Notes: generated by a model from the letters alone, not told the origin. DNA of 64,000 nt from Eledone cirrhosa (GCA_964016885.1 OZ024745.1:102486001-102550000), one strand, 5' to 3'. Counted from the first letter of the stretch, positions 28,138-41,567 are shown. A program made the numbers and translations.

Positions 28138-29001
28138 GATATGAAGACGGGTAAGGCGGCTGGGCCTTCGGAAATAGTTGCTGAGATGCTGAAACTCCCG
28201 TACTCCCTTCCCTCCGGGGAAACTCTCGTGGCATCTAACAACATCAGAGACTTGGGAGTAACCGTGGACAGCAACATAAGCTGGACCACGCATATAAGCA
28301 GCAAAGTTGACATGGCCCGCAGAATGTGTTCCTGGATCCTCAGAACCTTCCAGTCGAGAGATTCCCGCACCATTATCCTTCTCTTCTCTACTTTCGCCCG
28401 ACCACACCTTGAATACTGTTGTCCACTGTGGTCTCCCCACACGAAACAAAGTATCATGAAACTTGAAGCTCCTCAAAGGGCAATCACGAAAAAGATAGAT
28501 GGCATGTCAGACCTTGACTACTGGGGTCGATTGGAAAACCTGAAACTTTACTCACTCCAACGTCGCCGTGAGCGTTATATTATCTGCATGATGTGGAAAA
28601 TGTTCCATCATCACTGCCCAAATGATGTTGGCATCGCCTTCAAGATACACCCAAGGCTTGGGCCCCGTGCTATCCGTCCCATTCAAAAATCTAAATCGCA
28701 ACTCATAACAACAATACGGCACAATTATTTCACCTCAATCGGCCCTGCTCTCTTCAACATCACACCAGGACACGTCAAAACAGAAACTGACCACACAAAA
28801 TTCAAGAAGTCTTTGGACAAATTCCTCCAAGTAATCCCGGACAAACCACCCACACCCGGATATGTCTCCGCAAACAGTAATTCTCTTCTCGAATGGGCCA
28901 TGGTGCCCAAATCCTGAATTGAAAGACTTCGCCAGGTGGTGCTATTAAGTTAGACATGGCCTGGGCCAATACTGGCCAAAACATTTCAAAGTTATTCAAA
29001 G

Positions 29002-29004
<3 letters not shown>
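28138..29004 (+). mobile_element. Chimeric insertion: 56-bp RTE-B RT fragment fused to a CR1 3' end
   Basis: 28138-28193 matches 30731-30786 (one mismatch); 28189-29004 is the reverse complement of 33408-34223; shared ctgaa at the junction. Confidence 0.92.
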
Positions 29005-29061
<57 letters not shown>

Positions 29062-29098
29062 GTATATATATATGTATATATATATGTATATATATATG

Positions 29099-29129
<31 letters not shown>

Positions 29130-29151
29130 GTATATATATATGTATATATAT

Positions 29152-29201
<50 letters not shown>

Positions 29202-29213
29202 ATATATATATAT

Positions 29214-29263
<50 letters not shown>

Positions 29264-29296
29264 ATATATATGTATATATATATATATATATATATA

Positions 29297-29607
29297 CGAT
29301 ATTAACAAATGGAAACTATATTTATAAAACCATATTTATTTCATTATACATATTTCAAGGATACCAAGTTAAATTATGGTATGCCTTCATCAGACAAAAT
29401 ACAATATATACCAGTTTTATAAATAAACATTGACGTACTCTTTCAAAATGCGACCGTTACTTTTGGAAGACATCAGGATATCCTGATGTCTTCCAAAAGT
29501 AACGGTCGCATTTAATATCGTATATCTACTCCAAATACTTGTCGAGTGCTTTATATCAGTTATAAAAATATTTACTTGTTGTATCCCAACAATTTAAATA
29601 GAACTTT

Positions 29608-29610
<3 letters not shown>
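29297..29610. mobile_element. Penelope-like remnant with an inverted hammerhead-bearing part, in (TA)n
   Basis: 29297-29445 is an inverted homolog of ~46005-46158; 29511-29610 is a direct homolog of ~46147-46245; perfect palindrome at 29446-29513. Confidence 0.7.
29337..29401 (-). ncRNA. Candidate type I hammerhead ribozyme
   Basis: tattttgt-CTGATGA-aggcatacca...tggtatcctt-GAA-atatgtat-a-atgaaata: stems I and II pair; near-palindromic stem III. Confidence 0.65.
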
Positions 29611-29652
<42 letters not shown>

Positions 29653-29654
29653 AT

Positions 29655-29685
<31 letters not shown>

Positions 29686-29796
29686 CATATATATATACAT
29701 ATACATATACATATACATATATATATATATATACATATACATATACATATACATATATATATATATATGTATATACATATACATATACATATATAT

Positions 29797-29857
<61 letters not shown>

Positions 29858-29884
29858 CATATACATATACATATACATATATAT

Positions 29885-32365
29885 AAAAAACGTGACAATC
29901 ACCTGATCACCTATAGATCCGGGGAACACACAAGCCAGGTAGATTATATCCTTACCAGAAGACGTGACAGAGTGTCTGTTGTAAACACTAAATCCCTCCC
30001 CCATGAAGAATGCACCTCCCAACATAGACTGATAATTAGCGACCTCATAGTCAGGTCGAGACGTACTCGACAGCAGAAGAGGACTATCCTCAGGAGAAAA
30101 ATATGGAAGCTAAAGGACCCCACAGCCAAAAATAAATTTCAAAACATATTACTTGATGCTTTCGACAGTAAGGAAGAACACTTAGAGTCGGACAATATAG
30201 AGGGACAGTGGGAATTTCTGAAAGCAAACCTGCTGTTGGCCACAGACGAAGTCTGTGGCTGGAGCAGGCCTGTAGGCAGGAGGAGAGTAACATGGTGGTG
30301 GAACAGTAAGGTGGAGGAGTCAATTAAGGCCAAAAGGCAGGCTTGGAAAGTATGGCGGGATGGGGGAAGTAGAGTAGACTATCAAGTGGCCAGGAGGGAA
30401 GCTAGGAGAGAAGTGTACTTAGCAAGAAGGGAAGCTGAGGAAAGAAAGTTCAAGCATGTCCTACAACGCGATGACCAAAAACGTGAGGTGTTCAGGATTG
30501 CTAGGCAATGCGTCAAGGAAAACCGTGATATTGTCGGGGAGAAGTGTGTACTTAACGATGATGGCATACTTGCCATCACCGACACTGATAAGAAGGCAGC
30601 TTGGAAGTGTCACTATGAAAGGCTACTAAATGAGGAGAATAAATGGGAGAAAGACAGTCTCCCCCATGTCGACCCAATAGAGGGACCAGCAGTGTTAGTC
30701 GAGGGGAGTATAATAAGTAAGGCAATCAAGGATATGAAGACAGGTAAGGCGGCTGGGCCTTCGGAAATAGTTGCTGAGATGCTGAAGGCATCTGGCACGG
30801 TGGGACACACCATGGTCACCCGCATAGTTAACCAAGTCGTACAGAATGGGGCTGTTCCGAAGGACTGGCATAGCAGCATCATCGTTAACTGTTATAAGGG
30901 TAAAGGAGACGCCCTAGATAGGAGTAACTATAGAGGCATTAAATTAATCGACCAGGTCATGAAGGTCACAGAAAAAGTAATAGCGCAACTAATCAGAGAG
31001 AGAATTGACCTAGATGAAATGCAGTTCGGGTTTGTGTCAGGCAAAAGTACCACAGACGCTCTTTTCATAGTACGACAACTACAGGAGAAGTACCTAGCTA
31101 AAGGTAAACCCCTCTACTTAGCTTTTGTCGACTTGGAGAAAGCCTTCGACAGAGTCCCCCGCTCCATTATCTGGTGGGCTCTTAGAAAACTAGGCGTTGA
31201 CGAATGGCTTGTGAGGGCTATACAAGCCATGTATAAAGAAACAGTCAGCAAGGTTAGAATTAACAACGAATATAGTGAAGAGTTTAGCGTAAAAGTTGGC
31301 GTCCATCAGGGCTCTGTTCTCAGCCCCCTACTATTTATTATTGCCCTTCAGGCTATAACAGAGGAGTTCAAGACAGGCTGCCCATGGGAACTCCTATACG
31401 CAGACGACCTGACACTCATAGCGGAATCAATGGCCGAGCTAGAGAAGAAATTCCAAACATGGAAGCACGGCCTAGAGTCAAAAGGACTTAAAATTAACCT
31501 GGCTAAGACCAAAGTTCTAGTTTGTAGGAAAGAAAACAAGGCGGCGGTCCCTTCTGGGAAATGGTCGTGCTCGGTGTGTAGGAAAGGCGTAGGTAGAAAC
31601 TCCATTTTGTGTCCTAAATGCAAAGTATGGGTGCATAAAAGATGTAGTGGGATCACAGGTAAGCTAACTAAGAACATAGATTTTACATGTGGCCGGTGTT
31701 CTGGTGCAATAAGTAGCAGCAAGTGCCCACACAATACTAGCTCTTTCAATTGCGCAGAGGGTTCTATAGAAATAGTGGACAGCTTCCGTTACCTGGGCGA
31801 TAAAATCAGCAGTGGGGGAGGGTGCTCTGAAAGTACTGTAGCTAGAGTCAGAACTGGTTGGAAAAAGTTCAGAGAGCTTATACCACTATTAGCTGCTAAA
31901 GGGTTCTCCCTAAAAATGAAAGGCAGGTTGTACGATGCCTGCATACGAACAGCAATGTTGCATGGCAGTGAGACCTGGGCATTGTGTGCAGAGGATATAC
32001 GCAGACTAGAGAGGAACGAAGCTTGCATGCTCCGCTGGATGTGTAACAGTAATATACGTGAACGGCAAAGCATAAACGAACTAAGGAAAAAATTAGAGAT
32101 AAGAGGGATCAGATGTTGTTTACTCGAGAGAAGGCTACGTTGGTATGGACACGTGATGCGCATGAAAGTCGATAGCTGTATAACAAAGTGCAGGGCAATA
32201 AAGATAGACGGTAGCCACGGAATAGGCAGACCTAGAAAAACCTGGGACGAGCTGATAAACTCCGACCTCACACACTTACACCTCTCCAAGACAATGTCAC
32301 TGGACCGAGACCTTTGGCGGTACTCAGTAACAGAGAAGACCCGCCTTGCCAGTAGGCATCTCTAA
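29885..32365 (+). CDS. RTE ORF: APE C-terminus + RT + PHD-like finger (no native start codon)
   Basis: ITYRSG..SQVDYIL..SQHRL (APE end), [52 protein letters not shown] (C4HC3); the ORF track start at 29546 is microsatellite read-through. Confidence 0.93.
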   Translation, partial: KKRDNHLITYRSGEHTSQVDYILTRRRDRVSVVNTKSLPHEECTSQHRLIISDLIVRSRRTRQQKRTILRRKIWKLKDPTAKNKFQNILLDAFDSKEEHLESDNIEGQWEFLKANLLLATDEVCGWSRPVGRRRVTWWWNSKVEESIKAKRQAWKVWRDGGSRVDYQVARREARREVYLARREAEERKFKHVLQRDDQKREVFRIARQCVKENRDIVGEKCVLNDDGILAITDTDKKAAWKCHYERLLNEENKWEKDSLPHVDPIEGPAVLVEGSIISKAIKDMKTGKAAGPSEIVAEMLKASGTVGHTMVTRIVNQVVQNGAVPKDWHSSIIVNCYKGKGDALDRSNYRGIKLIDQVMKVTEKVIAQLIRERIDLDEMQFGFVSGKSTTDALFIVRQLQEKYLAKGKPLYLAFVDLEKAFDRVPRSIIWWALRKLGVDEWLVRAIQAMYKETVSKVRINNEYSEEFSVKVGVHQGSVLSPLLFIIALQAITEEFKTGCPWELLYADDLTLIAESMAELEKKFQTWKHGLESKGLKINLAKTKVLVCRKENKAAVPSGKWSCSVCRKGVGRNSILCPKCKVWVHKRCSGITGKLTKNIDFTCGRCSGAISSSKCPHNTSSFNCAEGSIEIVDSFRYLGDKISSGGGCSESTVARVRTGWKKFRELIPLLAAKGFSLKMKGRLYDACIRTAMLHGSETWALCAEDIRRLERNEACMLRWMCNSNIRERQSINELRKKLEIRGIRCCLLERRLRWYGHVMRMKVDSCITKCRAIKIDGSHGIGRPRKTWDELINSDLTHLHLSKTMSLDRDLWRYSVTEKTRLASRHL

Positions 32366-32728
32366 CAAAATACACCCCGTCCCACCACCACCACCCCCAC
32401 CCCATCCACACCACCCCGTCCTATGTAAAGTTATGTTGGTGCCGCGCCATCCGGGCCGAAACAAATGAGATCGTGTAGGTGTCACGACAAAAAAAACACA
32501 CAGTCCACGCTGTAATGTGGCCGTGTAGGCAACACGGTAAAAACCTCCCAGACCCACACTGTAAATGTGGTTGGTGTTAGGAAGGGCATCCAACTGTAGA
32601 AAACCTGCCAGACAGTCCTATGCGAGCAAGACAATCACTCTTGCCTCAAGTGGGACTACCCCCGTCCAAACCCATGCAAGCGTGGAACACGGACGTTAAA
32701 CGTTGATGATGATGATGATGATGATGAT
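29885..32728 (+). mobile_element. RTE LINE subfamily B, young, 5'-truncated within the endonuclease
   Basis: Uninterrupted ORF, 3' UTR, (GAT)n tail, TA-flanked. Confidence 0.96.
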
Positions 32729-32911
32729 ATATATATGTATATATAGATATATATATATATATATATGTATATATATGTGTATATATATGTATATATATGT
32801 ATATATATGTATATATATGTGTATATATATGTATATATATGTATATATATGTATATATATGTATATATATGTATATATATGTATATATATGTATATATAT
32901 GTATATATATG

Positions 32912-33034
<123 letters not shown>

Positions 33035-33356
33035 GTATATATATATGTATATATATATATACATATATATGTATATATATATGTATATATATATATACAT
33101 ATATATATATATACATATATATATACATATATATATATATACATATATATATACATATATATATACATATATATATATATACATATATATATACATATAT
33201 ATATATACATATATATATATATACATATATATATACATATATATATATATATACATATATATATACATATATATATACATATATATATACATATATATAT
33301 ACATATATATATACATATATATATACATATACATATATATATACATATACATATAT

Positions 33357-33391
<35 letters not shown>

Positions 33392-33494
33392 TATATATAT
33401 ATATATATAACTTTGAATAACTTTGAAATGTTTTGGCCAGTATTGGCCCAGGCCATGTCTAACTTAATAGCACCACCTGGCGAAGTCTTTCAAT

Positions 33495-36400
33495 TCAGGA
33501 TTTGGGCACCATGGCCCATTCGAGAAGAGAATTACTGTTTGCGGAGACATATCCGGGTGTGGGTGGTTTGTCCGGGATTACTTGGAGGAATTTGTCCAAA
33601 GACTTCTTGAATTTTGTGTGGTCAGTTTCTGTTTTGACGTGTCCTGGTGTGATGTTGAAGAGAGCAGGGCCGATTGAGGTGAAATAATTGTGCCGTATTG
33701 TTGTTATGAGTTGCGATTTAGATTTTTGAATGGGACGGATAGCACGGGGCCCAAGCCTTGGGTGTATCTTGAAGGCGATGCCAACATCATTTGGGCAGTG
33801 ATGATGGAACATTTTCCACATCATGCAGATAATATAACGCTCACGGCGACGTTGGAGTGAGTAAAGTTTCAGGTTTTCCAATCGACCCCAGTAGTCAAGG
33901 TCTGACATGCCATCTATCTTTTTCGTGATTGCCCTTTGAGGAGCTTCAAGTTTCATGATACTTTGTTTCGTGTGGGGAGACCACAGTGGACAACAGTATT
34001 CAAGGTGTGGTCGGGCGAAAGTAGAGAAGAGAAGGATAATGGTGCGGGAATCTCTCGACTGGAAGGTTCTGAGGATCCAGGAACACATTCTGCGGGCCAT
34101 GTCAACTTTGCTGCTTATATGCGTGGTCCAGCTTATGTTGCTGTCCACGGTTACTCCCAAGTCTCTGATGTTGTTAGATGCCACGAGAGTTTCCCCGGAG
34201 GGAAGGGAGTACGGGAGTTTCAGAGCATCCTCTTTTCCAAAGTGGATCAGTTCGAATTTGTCTTCGTTCAGTAACATGTTGTTCTTTTCTGCCCATTGGG
34301 TAACAGCCAGTAGGTCTGACTGAAGGCTTATCCGGTCATCCACGCCATTGATGACCTTTTGGAGCTTGGAATCATCAGCGAAAATTTTAATGTTGCTGTG
34401 TTTGATGATGTCAGTGATGTCATTAATATAGATGATGAAGAGAAGTGGGCCCAACACAGTGCCTTGTGGGACTCCACTACTGACTTTGGCTGGGCTTGAT
34501 TTGACTCCCTCAACTACAACATGTTGGGTTCTGTTTGACAGGAAGCTCTTGATCCACTGCAGCAGCTTTCCAGTGACACCAATATTGGACAGCTTTCTCA
34601 GTAGAATGTTATGATCAACCCTGTCAAAGGCCTTGCTGAAATCAAGGTAGATAACATCAGTGTTGGAACCCTCTCCCAAGGCTCTCAAAATGTCATCAAA
34701 GTGATGCAGTAGTTGCGTCAGGCAATCCCTTCCATTACGGAATCCATGCTGGTTGGAGTTCAGCATATTGTTACTCTCAAGGAAGTGGGTCATTCGCGAT
34801 CTCACCACTCGCTCAAATACCTTAATGATATGAGAGGTGAGTGAGATTGGACGGTAATTCACGGCAAGGGATTTGTTTCCCTTTTTGAAAACTGGGACAA
34901 CAGACTGGGATAGAAGGTTTTCTGGCACATATCCAGCATCCAGTGAGTTCCGCCACAGATTGGCAAGAGGAGAAGCAAGTTGGTGTTGACACGCCTTCAA
35001 GACACAAGCAGGGAACCTATCGGGACCTACTGCTGAATTATGCTTGATTTCCTTTATTGCCGCCAAGACATCAGGGGCGCCAAACGTTATGTCCGATAAG
35101 GTGTAATGGGGAGTAACATCGCCGATACAGCCCAGATCGGCCATATCAGGATTGCTGAAAACAGAGCAGTATTGTTTCTGCAGTATCTCACCCATGGTTT
35201 TAGCATTGTCTTGAAGAGTGCCATTTTCATCAATTAGAGGGCCAACAGTAGAGCCAGTGATTTTGTGTTTTTTTGCAAATGAAAAGAACACTTTGGGATT
35301 GAGTTTGATCTTCTCAATGGCCCAGGCCTCCTCAGCTCTTCTCTGATTGTTGATGAGGGACATTATGTTGTTTTGGAGGTTATGTTTTTTAATCTCTAGT
35401 GATGAAATGGCAGTCAAGTTGATGTGTTGCTGCTGACAGTATTTCAGATTGTTGATTTTTTTGTTCGTTCTCTTAATTTTTCTGATGAGCGTTTTTCTAT
35501 TTCTAGGGATTCTGCTCTTAGATTTGTTTATAGTTCTTAATGGGGTGTGTTTAGCACATATGTTTGTAACAGTGTCCACAAATGTCTGCCAGGACTTTTT
35601 GATGTTAGTGGGTGTATGAGTGTGCGTGAAGGACCAGTCGACATGTGCAAGATCATGACTGATCGCTTCCCAGTTTGCATTGTGGAAATCCATAGCGTCA
35701 AACGGATGGGCAGGAGAAATGACATTGGGTTTGTATATTGGACGGTGGAATCTCAGATCACAGAGAACCATGTCATGATCAGAGAGTAGAGTTTTCTCCA
35801 CTGCAATATTGTGGATATTGTCAGTGTGATTGCTGAAAATTAAGTCTAGGACGTTTTTGTGGCACCTCGTTGGTTCGAGCACTAGTTGGGATAGGAAGAA
35901 ATCATCCATGAAGTCAAGAAGCGATTCCACAGCTTCCCTGTCAGAGGTTGAGGCAGAAGAACCTGGTGGCAGGGTGTTTGTGGACCAGTCAACTCCGGGG
36001 AGGTTGAAGTCCCCCATCATTAAGATGTTGTCAGGGTGACACTCTTGGATGAAACACTTTATGCTGTTGAGGCATTCCTTGAAGCATGGTACAGGCGTTT
36101 GGGGTGGCCTATAGAGCCCAACTACTAATAGGTTGTTGGTTTGACTGAATACAGTGACTGCCTCACAGTATCCATTAGTGAATATGTTCATAGCCTCTGT
36201 TGAGAAAGAATTATGGACATAAATGGCAGTTCCGCCCTTTCTTCTGCCAGCGCGATCAGCACGGATGGCTTTGAAATTTTTCACTTTCACCTCGGCTTCC
36301 AAGTGGAGGTTACTGAGATGGGTTTCAGTGAGGACGAAGAAAGGGATGTGGTTTGGATGGACATCAATCCAGTCCTCCAGGAATTTGATCTTCCATTTTT

Positions 36401-36515
36401 GAGTATTGGTGGAAGGGCTGATGCCTTGGGCGTTAAGCAAAAATGTAGAGGCGAGAGTGGATGGTTTTAATTGTTTTGGTGTGTTGTTAATTTGTTTGTT
36501 TGTTAATGGCAGCAA
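33495..36515 (-). CDS. ORF2: APE endonuclease + reverse transcriptase, 1006 aa open
   Basis: LLNAQG, LTETH, GLYRPP, MGDFN, LDLIF, SDH; [53 protein letters not shown] (CR1-type). The frame is open from 36632. Confidence 0.95.
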   Translation of the reverse strand: MLPLTNKQINNTPKQLKPSTLASTFLLNAQGISPSTNTQKWKIKFLEDWIDVHPNHIPFFVLTETHLSNLHLEAEVKVKNFKAIRADRAGRRKGGTAIYVHNSFSTEAMNIFTNGYCEAVTVFSQTNNLLVVGLYRPPQTPVPCFKECLNSIKCFIQECHPDNILMMGDFNLPGVDWSTNTLPPGSSASTSDREAVESLLDFMDDFFLSQLVLEPTRCHKNVLDLIFSNHTDNIHNIAVEKTLLSDHDMVLCDLRFHRPIYKPNVISPAHPFDAMDFHNANWEAISHDLAHVDWSFTHTHTPTNIKKSWQTFVDTVTNICAKHTPLRTINKSKSRIPRNRKTLIRKIKRTNKKINNLKYCQQQHINLTAISSLEIKKHNLQNNIMSLINNQRRAEEAWAIEKIKLNPKVFFSFAKKHKITGSTVGPLIDENGTLQDNAKTMGEILQKQYCSVFSNPDMADLGCIGDVTPHYTLSDITFGAPDVLAAIKEIKHNSAVGPDRFPACVLKACQHQLASPLANLWRNSLDAGYVPENLLSQSVVPVFKKGNKSLAVNYRPISLTSHIIKVFERVVRSRMTHFLESNNMLNSNQHGFRNGRDCLTQLLHHFDDILRALGEGSNTDVIYLDFSKAFDRVDHNILLRKLSNIGVTGKLLQWIKSFLSNRTQHVVVEGVKSSPAKVSSGVPQGTVLGPLLFIIYINDITDIIKHSNIKIFADDSKLQKVINGVDDRISLQSDLLAVTQWAEKNNMLLNEDKFELIHFGKEDALKLPYSLPSGETLVASNNIRDLGVTVDSNISWTTHISSKVDMARRMCSWILRTFQSRDSRTIILLFSTFARPHLEYCCPLWSPHTKQSIMKLEAPQRAITKKIDGMSDLDYWGRLENLKLYSLQRRRERYIICMMWKMFHHHCPNDVGIAFKIHPRLGPRAIRPIQKSKSQLITTIRHNYFTSIGPALFNITPGHVKTETDHTKFKKSLDKFLQVIPDKPPTPGYVSANSNSLLEWAMVPKS

Positions 36516-37663
36516 TGGGAGTTTGTGCAGTGGGGTGATAGTGGAGGGTGGTGCTGGGTGATAGCTCGAATGTTTTTTTCCAGTTCTTTTGCCAGATTCA
36601 TTATGGCTAAAAAAGAGGAAGAAGTTTCCTGTTTAGAAGACTGTTGGTGACTGTGGTAGTGGTTATTTTTATGTAGGTTATGGTTTTTGTTTTTGCTTTT
36701 ATTTTTAATTTTATTTTCATTTATCCGACGGGTCCCCGGGAGATGGGTAAAGGGACAATCCCGGTCTAAACACAATCTGTCTCGCAGGGAAAAACGGCAG
36801 ATTTGTGGATTCCTTGTTTGAGTTATTGGTGGTTGTGTTGGTGTTAAATTAGAGTATGTATTATGGGGGTGGCTGTTTGTGGGGATAGATCGTTTTGTCC
36901 TAGGTAAATGGGTGAATTTGCAGCCACTATCCGTACATATTCTATAGCGTAGAGAGTAGCGGCAAATGATGGGGTTTCGAGTGGGTGGGTATGTGGGTGT
37001 GGGTGTTGTGAGAGGTGTAGATGATGGTTTGGGTAGGATTTGACGACCTTTGTGGACTGTGGGAGGGAGAGTTCTTGTTCTGGTATTAGAAGGTAAATTC
37101 CTTGACATAGCAGTAGACAAAAATGTTGTAGTAGTAGTAGTAGTAGTAGGCAGAGATGTTGGCAGTGGTGATGATTGGACTGCTGGGCCAGAGAAAGGAT
37201 GTGGCGTTTCATGCTGTGAGACAGAGGCTACTGGGGGGTCAATAGTTTCATTTAGTAGATCGGCCATTGTTGATGAATCAAGGAGTGGTTCACACTGTTG
37301 TTGTTGCTGTTGTTGATGTTGTTGTTGTAGCTGTTGTTGATGTTGTTGTTGTAGCTGTTGTTGTTGTTGCTGTTGTAGCTGCTGTTGTTGTTGTTGCTGC
37401 TGCTGGACAGCATTCGAAGAGAAAACACACCGTAGTTTATCCAAATGTTTATTGATTAATTTAAAAGCAATTTCGATTTGCTTTAATTTATTTTGAATCT
37501 GTTGTTCAGATCGAGTTTTCAAAAATTGAACTGTACGTTTAGCAATGTCGTTCAGAGATGAAGCATCTATATTTTCTGTTTGGGAAAGGCAATGCCATGT
37601 GTTTATTAGAATGTCGATTTCATTATCAGACCAGTTCTGTTTGGATTTTTGCTGGTTAGCCAT
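36503..37663 (-). CDS. ORF1, 386 aa: Myb/SANT-like N-terminus, polyQ, Pro/Thr linker, two CCCH-like fingers
   Basis: ATG start; NWSDNEIDILINTW...RSEQQIQNKLKQI; CRYSLRYRICTDSGCKFTH and CRFSLRDRLCLDRDCPFTH (C-x8-C-x4-C-x3-H). Confidence 0.85.
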   Translation of the reverse strand: MANQQKSKQNWSDNEIDILINTWHCLSQTENIDASSLNDIAKRTVQFLKTRSEQQIQNKLKQIEIAFKLINKHLDKLRCVFSSNAVQQQQQQQQQLQQQQQQQLQQQHQQQLQQQHQQQQQQQCEPLLDSSTMADLLNETIDPPVASVSQHETPHPFSGPAVQSSPLPTSLPTTTTTTTTFLSTAMSRNLPSNTRTRTLPPTVHKGRQILPKPSSTPLTTPTPTYPPTRNPIICRYSLRYRICTDSGCKFTHLPRTKRSIPTNSHPHNTYSNLTPTQPPITQTRNPQICRFSLRDRLCLDRDCPFTHLPGTRRINENKIKNKSKNKNHNLHKNNHYHSHQQSSKQETSSSFLAIMNLAKELEKNIRAITQHHPPLSPHCTNSHCCH

Positions 37664-37674
37664 TCTAGTTTTGA

Positions 37675-38132
37675 GTGTGTGTGTGTTTTAGTTAAGTATT
37701 TCAATATATATATATTTTTTTTTAAATTTATTTTTGATTTATTTTTGTTTTTTGTTTTTCTTGTGTGTGAGTGAGAAGCGTATATATATAAATATGAGTA
37801 TATATATATATATATATGTATATTCTGGTTATTTGAAATTAATTAAGTTAATGAAAAGACGAAAGTATATAATAATAATTTGTAGTTAAAGGAAAATGTA
37901 CTCACAAGTTCGTGTGTGTGTGTTTTAGTTAAGTATTTCAATATATATATATTTTTTTTTTTTAAATTTATTTTTGTTTTTTGTTTTTCTTGTGTGTGAG
38001 TGAGAAGCGTATATATATAAATATGAGTATATATATATATATATATGTATATTCTGGTTATTTGAAATTAATGAAAAGACGAAAGTATATAATAATAATT
38101 TGTAGTTAAAGGAAAATGTACTCACAAGTTCG
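37675..38132 (-). repeat. Two tandem ~220-240 bp monomers in the CR1 5' UTR
   Basis: 37675-37912 and 37913-38132 both run gtgttttagttaagtatttcaat...ggaaaatgtactcacaagttcg. Confidence 0.92.
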
Positions 38133-38266
38133 AAAACACGTGGTTTCAAATATATAATAATATAGATGTATGAAAATGTATTAACCGGTCAATTTTTGTT
38201 TGTTTGGTTTTGTCTTGTGGTTTTGTTTTGTGGCTGTGTGACTTGCTGCTTACTCGGGGAGAGAAG

Positions 38267-38321
38267 TATATATATATATATATATATATACATACATACA
38301 TATATATATATATATACATAC

Positions 38322-38355
<34 letters not shown>

Positions 38356-38771
38356 ATATACATACATATATATATATATATACATACATACATATATATA
38401 TACATACATATATATATATATACATACATACATATATATATATATATACTTACATATATATATATATATATATACATACATACATACATATATATATACA
38501 TACATATATATATATATATATATACATACATACATACATATATATATACATACATATATATATATATATACATACATATATATATATATATACATACATA
38601 CATATATATATATACATACATATATATATATATATATACATACATATATATATATACATACATATATATATATACATACATATATATATATATACATACA
38701 TATATATATATATACATACATATATATATATATACATACATATATATATATATACATACATATATATATAT

Positions 38772-38804
<33 letters not shown>

Positions 38805-38973
38805 TATATATACATACATACATATATATATATATATACATACATACATATATATATATATATACATACATACATATATATACATACATACATATATATA
38901 CACATATATACATACATACATATATATACACATATATACATACATATATATATATATACACATATATACATAC

Positions 38974-39004
<31 letters not shown>

Positions 39005-39379
39005 TATATATATATACACACATATATATATATATATACACACATATATATATATATACACACATATATACATATATATACACATATATTACATACATAT
39101 ATATATATATACACATATATACATACATATATATATATATATACACACATATATATATATATATACACATATATACATATATATACACATATATTACATA
39201 CATATATATATATATACACATATATACATACATATATATATATATATACACACATATATATATATATATACACATATATACATACATATATATATATATA
39301 TACACATACATATATATATATATATACACATACATATATATATATATATACACATATACATATATATATATATATACAC

Positions 39380-39410
<31 letters not shown>

Positions 39411-39463
39411 TACATACATATATATATATATATACACATATACATATATATATATATATACAC

Positions 39464-39496
<33 letters not shown>

Positions 39497-39539
39497 TATA
39501 TATATATATATACACATATATACATACATATATATATAC

Positions 39540-39580
<41 letters not shown>

Positions 39581-39706
39581 TATATATATATATATACACA
39601 TATATACATACATATATATATATATATACACATATATATATATATATATATACACATATATATATATATATATATACACATATATATATATATATATATA
39701 CACATA

Positions 39707-39746
<40 letters not shown>

Positions 39747-40299
39747 CACATATATATATATATATATATACACATATATACATACATATATATATATATA
39801 TACACATACATATATATATATATATACACATACATATATATATATATACACATATATATATATATATATATACACATATATACATACATATATATATATA
39901 TATATACATATATATATACATATATACACACATATATATATATACACATATATATATATATATACATATATATATACATATATACACACATATATATATA
40001 TACACATATATATATATAGATATATATATACACATATATATATATATACACACACATATATATATATACACACACATATATATATACACACACATATATA
40101 TATACACACACATATATATATATATACACACACATATATATATATATACACACACATATATATATATATACACACACATATATATATATACACACAGATA
40201 TATATATATACACACACAGATATATATATATACACACACATATATATATATACACACACATATATATATATACACACACATATATATATATACACACAC

Positions 40300-40348
<49 letters not shown>

Positions 40349-40860
40349 CATATATATATATACATATATATATATACATATATATATACATATATATACA
40401 CATATATATATATATATATATACACATATATATATATATATATATACACATATATATATATATATATATACACATATATATATATATACACATATATATA
40501 TATATACACATATATATATATATACACATATATATATATATACACATATATATATATATATACATATATACACACATATATATATATACACATATATATA
40601 TAATATATATATATACACATATATATATATATATACACACACATATATATATATACACACACATATATATATATATACACACACATATATATATATACAC
40701 ACACATATATATATATATACACACATATATATATATATACACACACATATATATATATATACACACAGATATATATATATACACACACATATATATATAT
40801 ACACACACATATATATATATACACACACATATATATATACATATATATATACATATATAT

Positions 40861-40899
<39 letters not shown>

Positions 40900-41500
40900 T
40901 ACATACATATATATATATATACACATATATACATACATATATATATATACACATATATACATACATATATATATATATACACATATATACATACATATAT
41001 ATATATATATACACATATATACATACATATATATATATATACACACATATATACATACATATATATACACACATATATATATATATATACACACATATAT
41101 ATATATATACACACATATATATATATATATACACACATATATATATATATATATACACACATATATATATATATATATACACATATATACACATATATAT
41201 ATATATATACACATATATATATATACACACATATATATATATATATACACACATATATATATATATATACACACATATATATATATATATATACACATAT
41301 ATACACATATATATATATATATACACATATATATATATATATACACATATATATATATATATACACATATATATATATATATATACACATATATATATAC
41401 ACATATATATATATATATATACACATATATATATATATATACACATATATATATATATATACACATATATATATATACACATGTATATATATATATACAC

Positions 41501-41531
<31 letters not shown>

Positions 41532-41536
41532 TACAC

Positions 41537-41567
<31 letters not shown>

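Larger units (their letters stand above)
33408..38266 (-). mobile_element. Full-length intact CR1-clade LINE in (TA)n
   Basis: 5' UTR with tandem monomers, ORF1, ORF2, ~85-bp 3' UTR ending (ttcaaagtta)2 then (TA)n; TA at both ends. Confidence 0.93.

Noticed and set aside
29546-29884. N-terminal extension of the 939-aa RTE ORF
   Set aside because: Read-through of flanking Penelope-like and microsatellite DNA; homology starts near 29885
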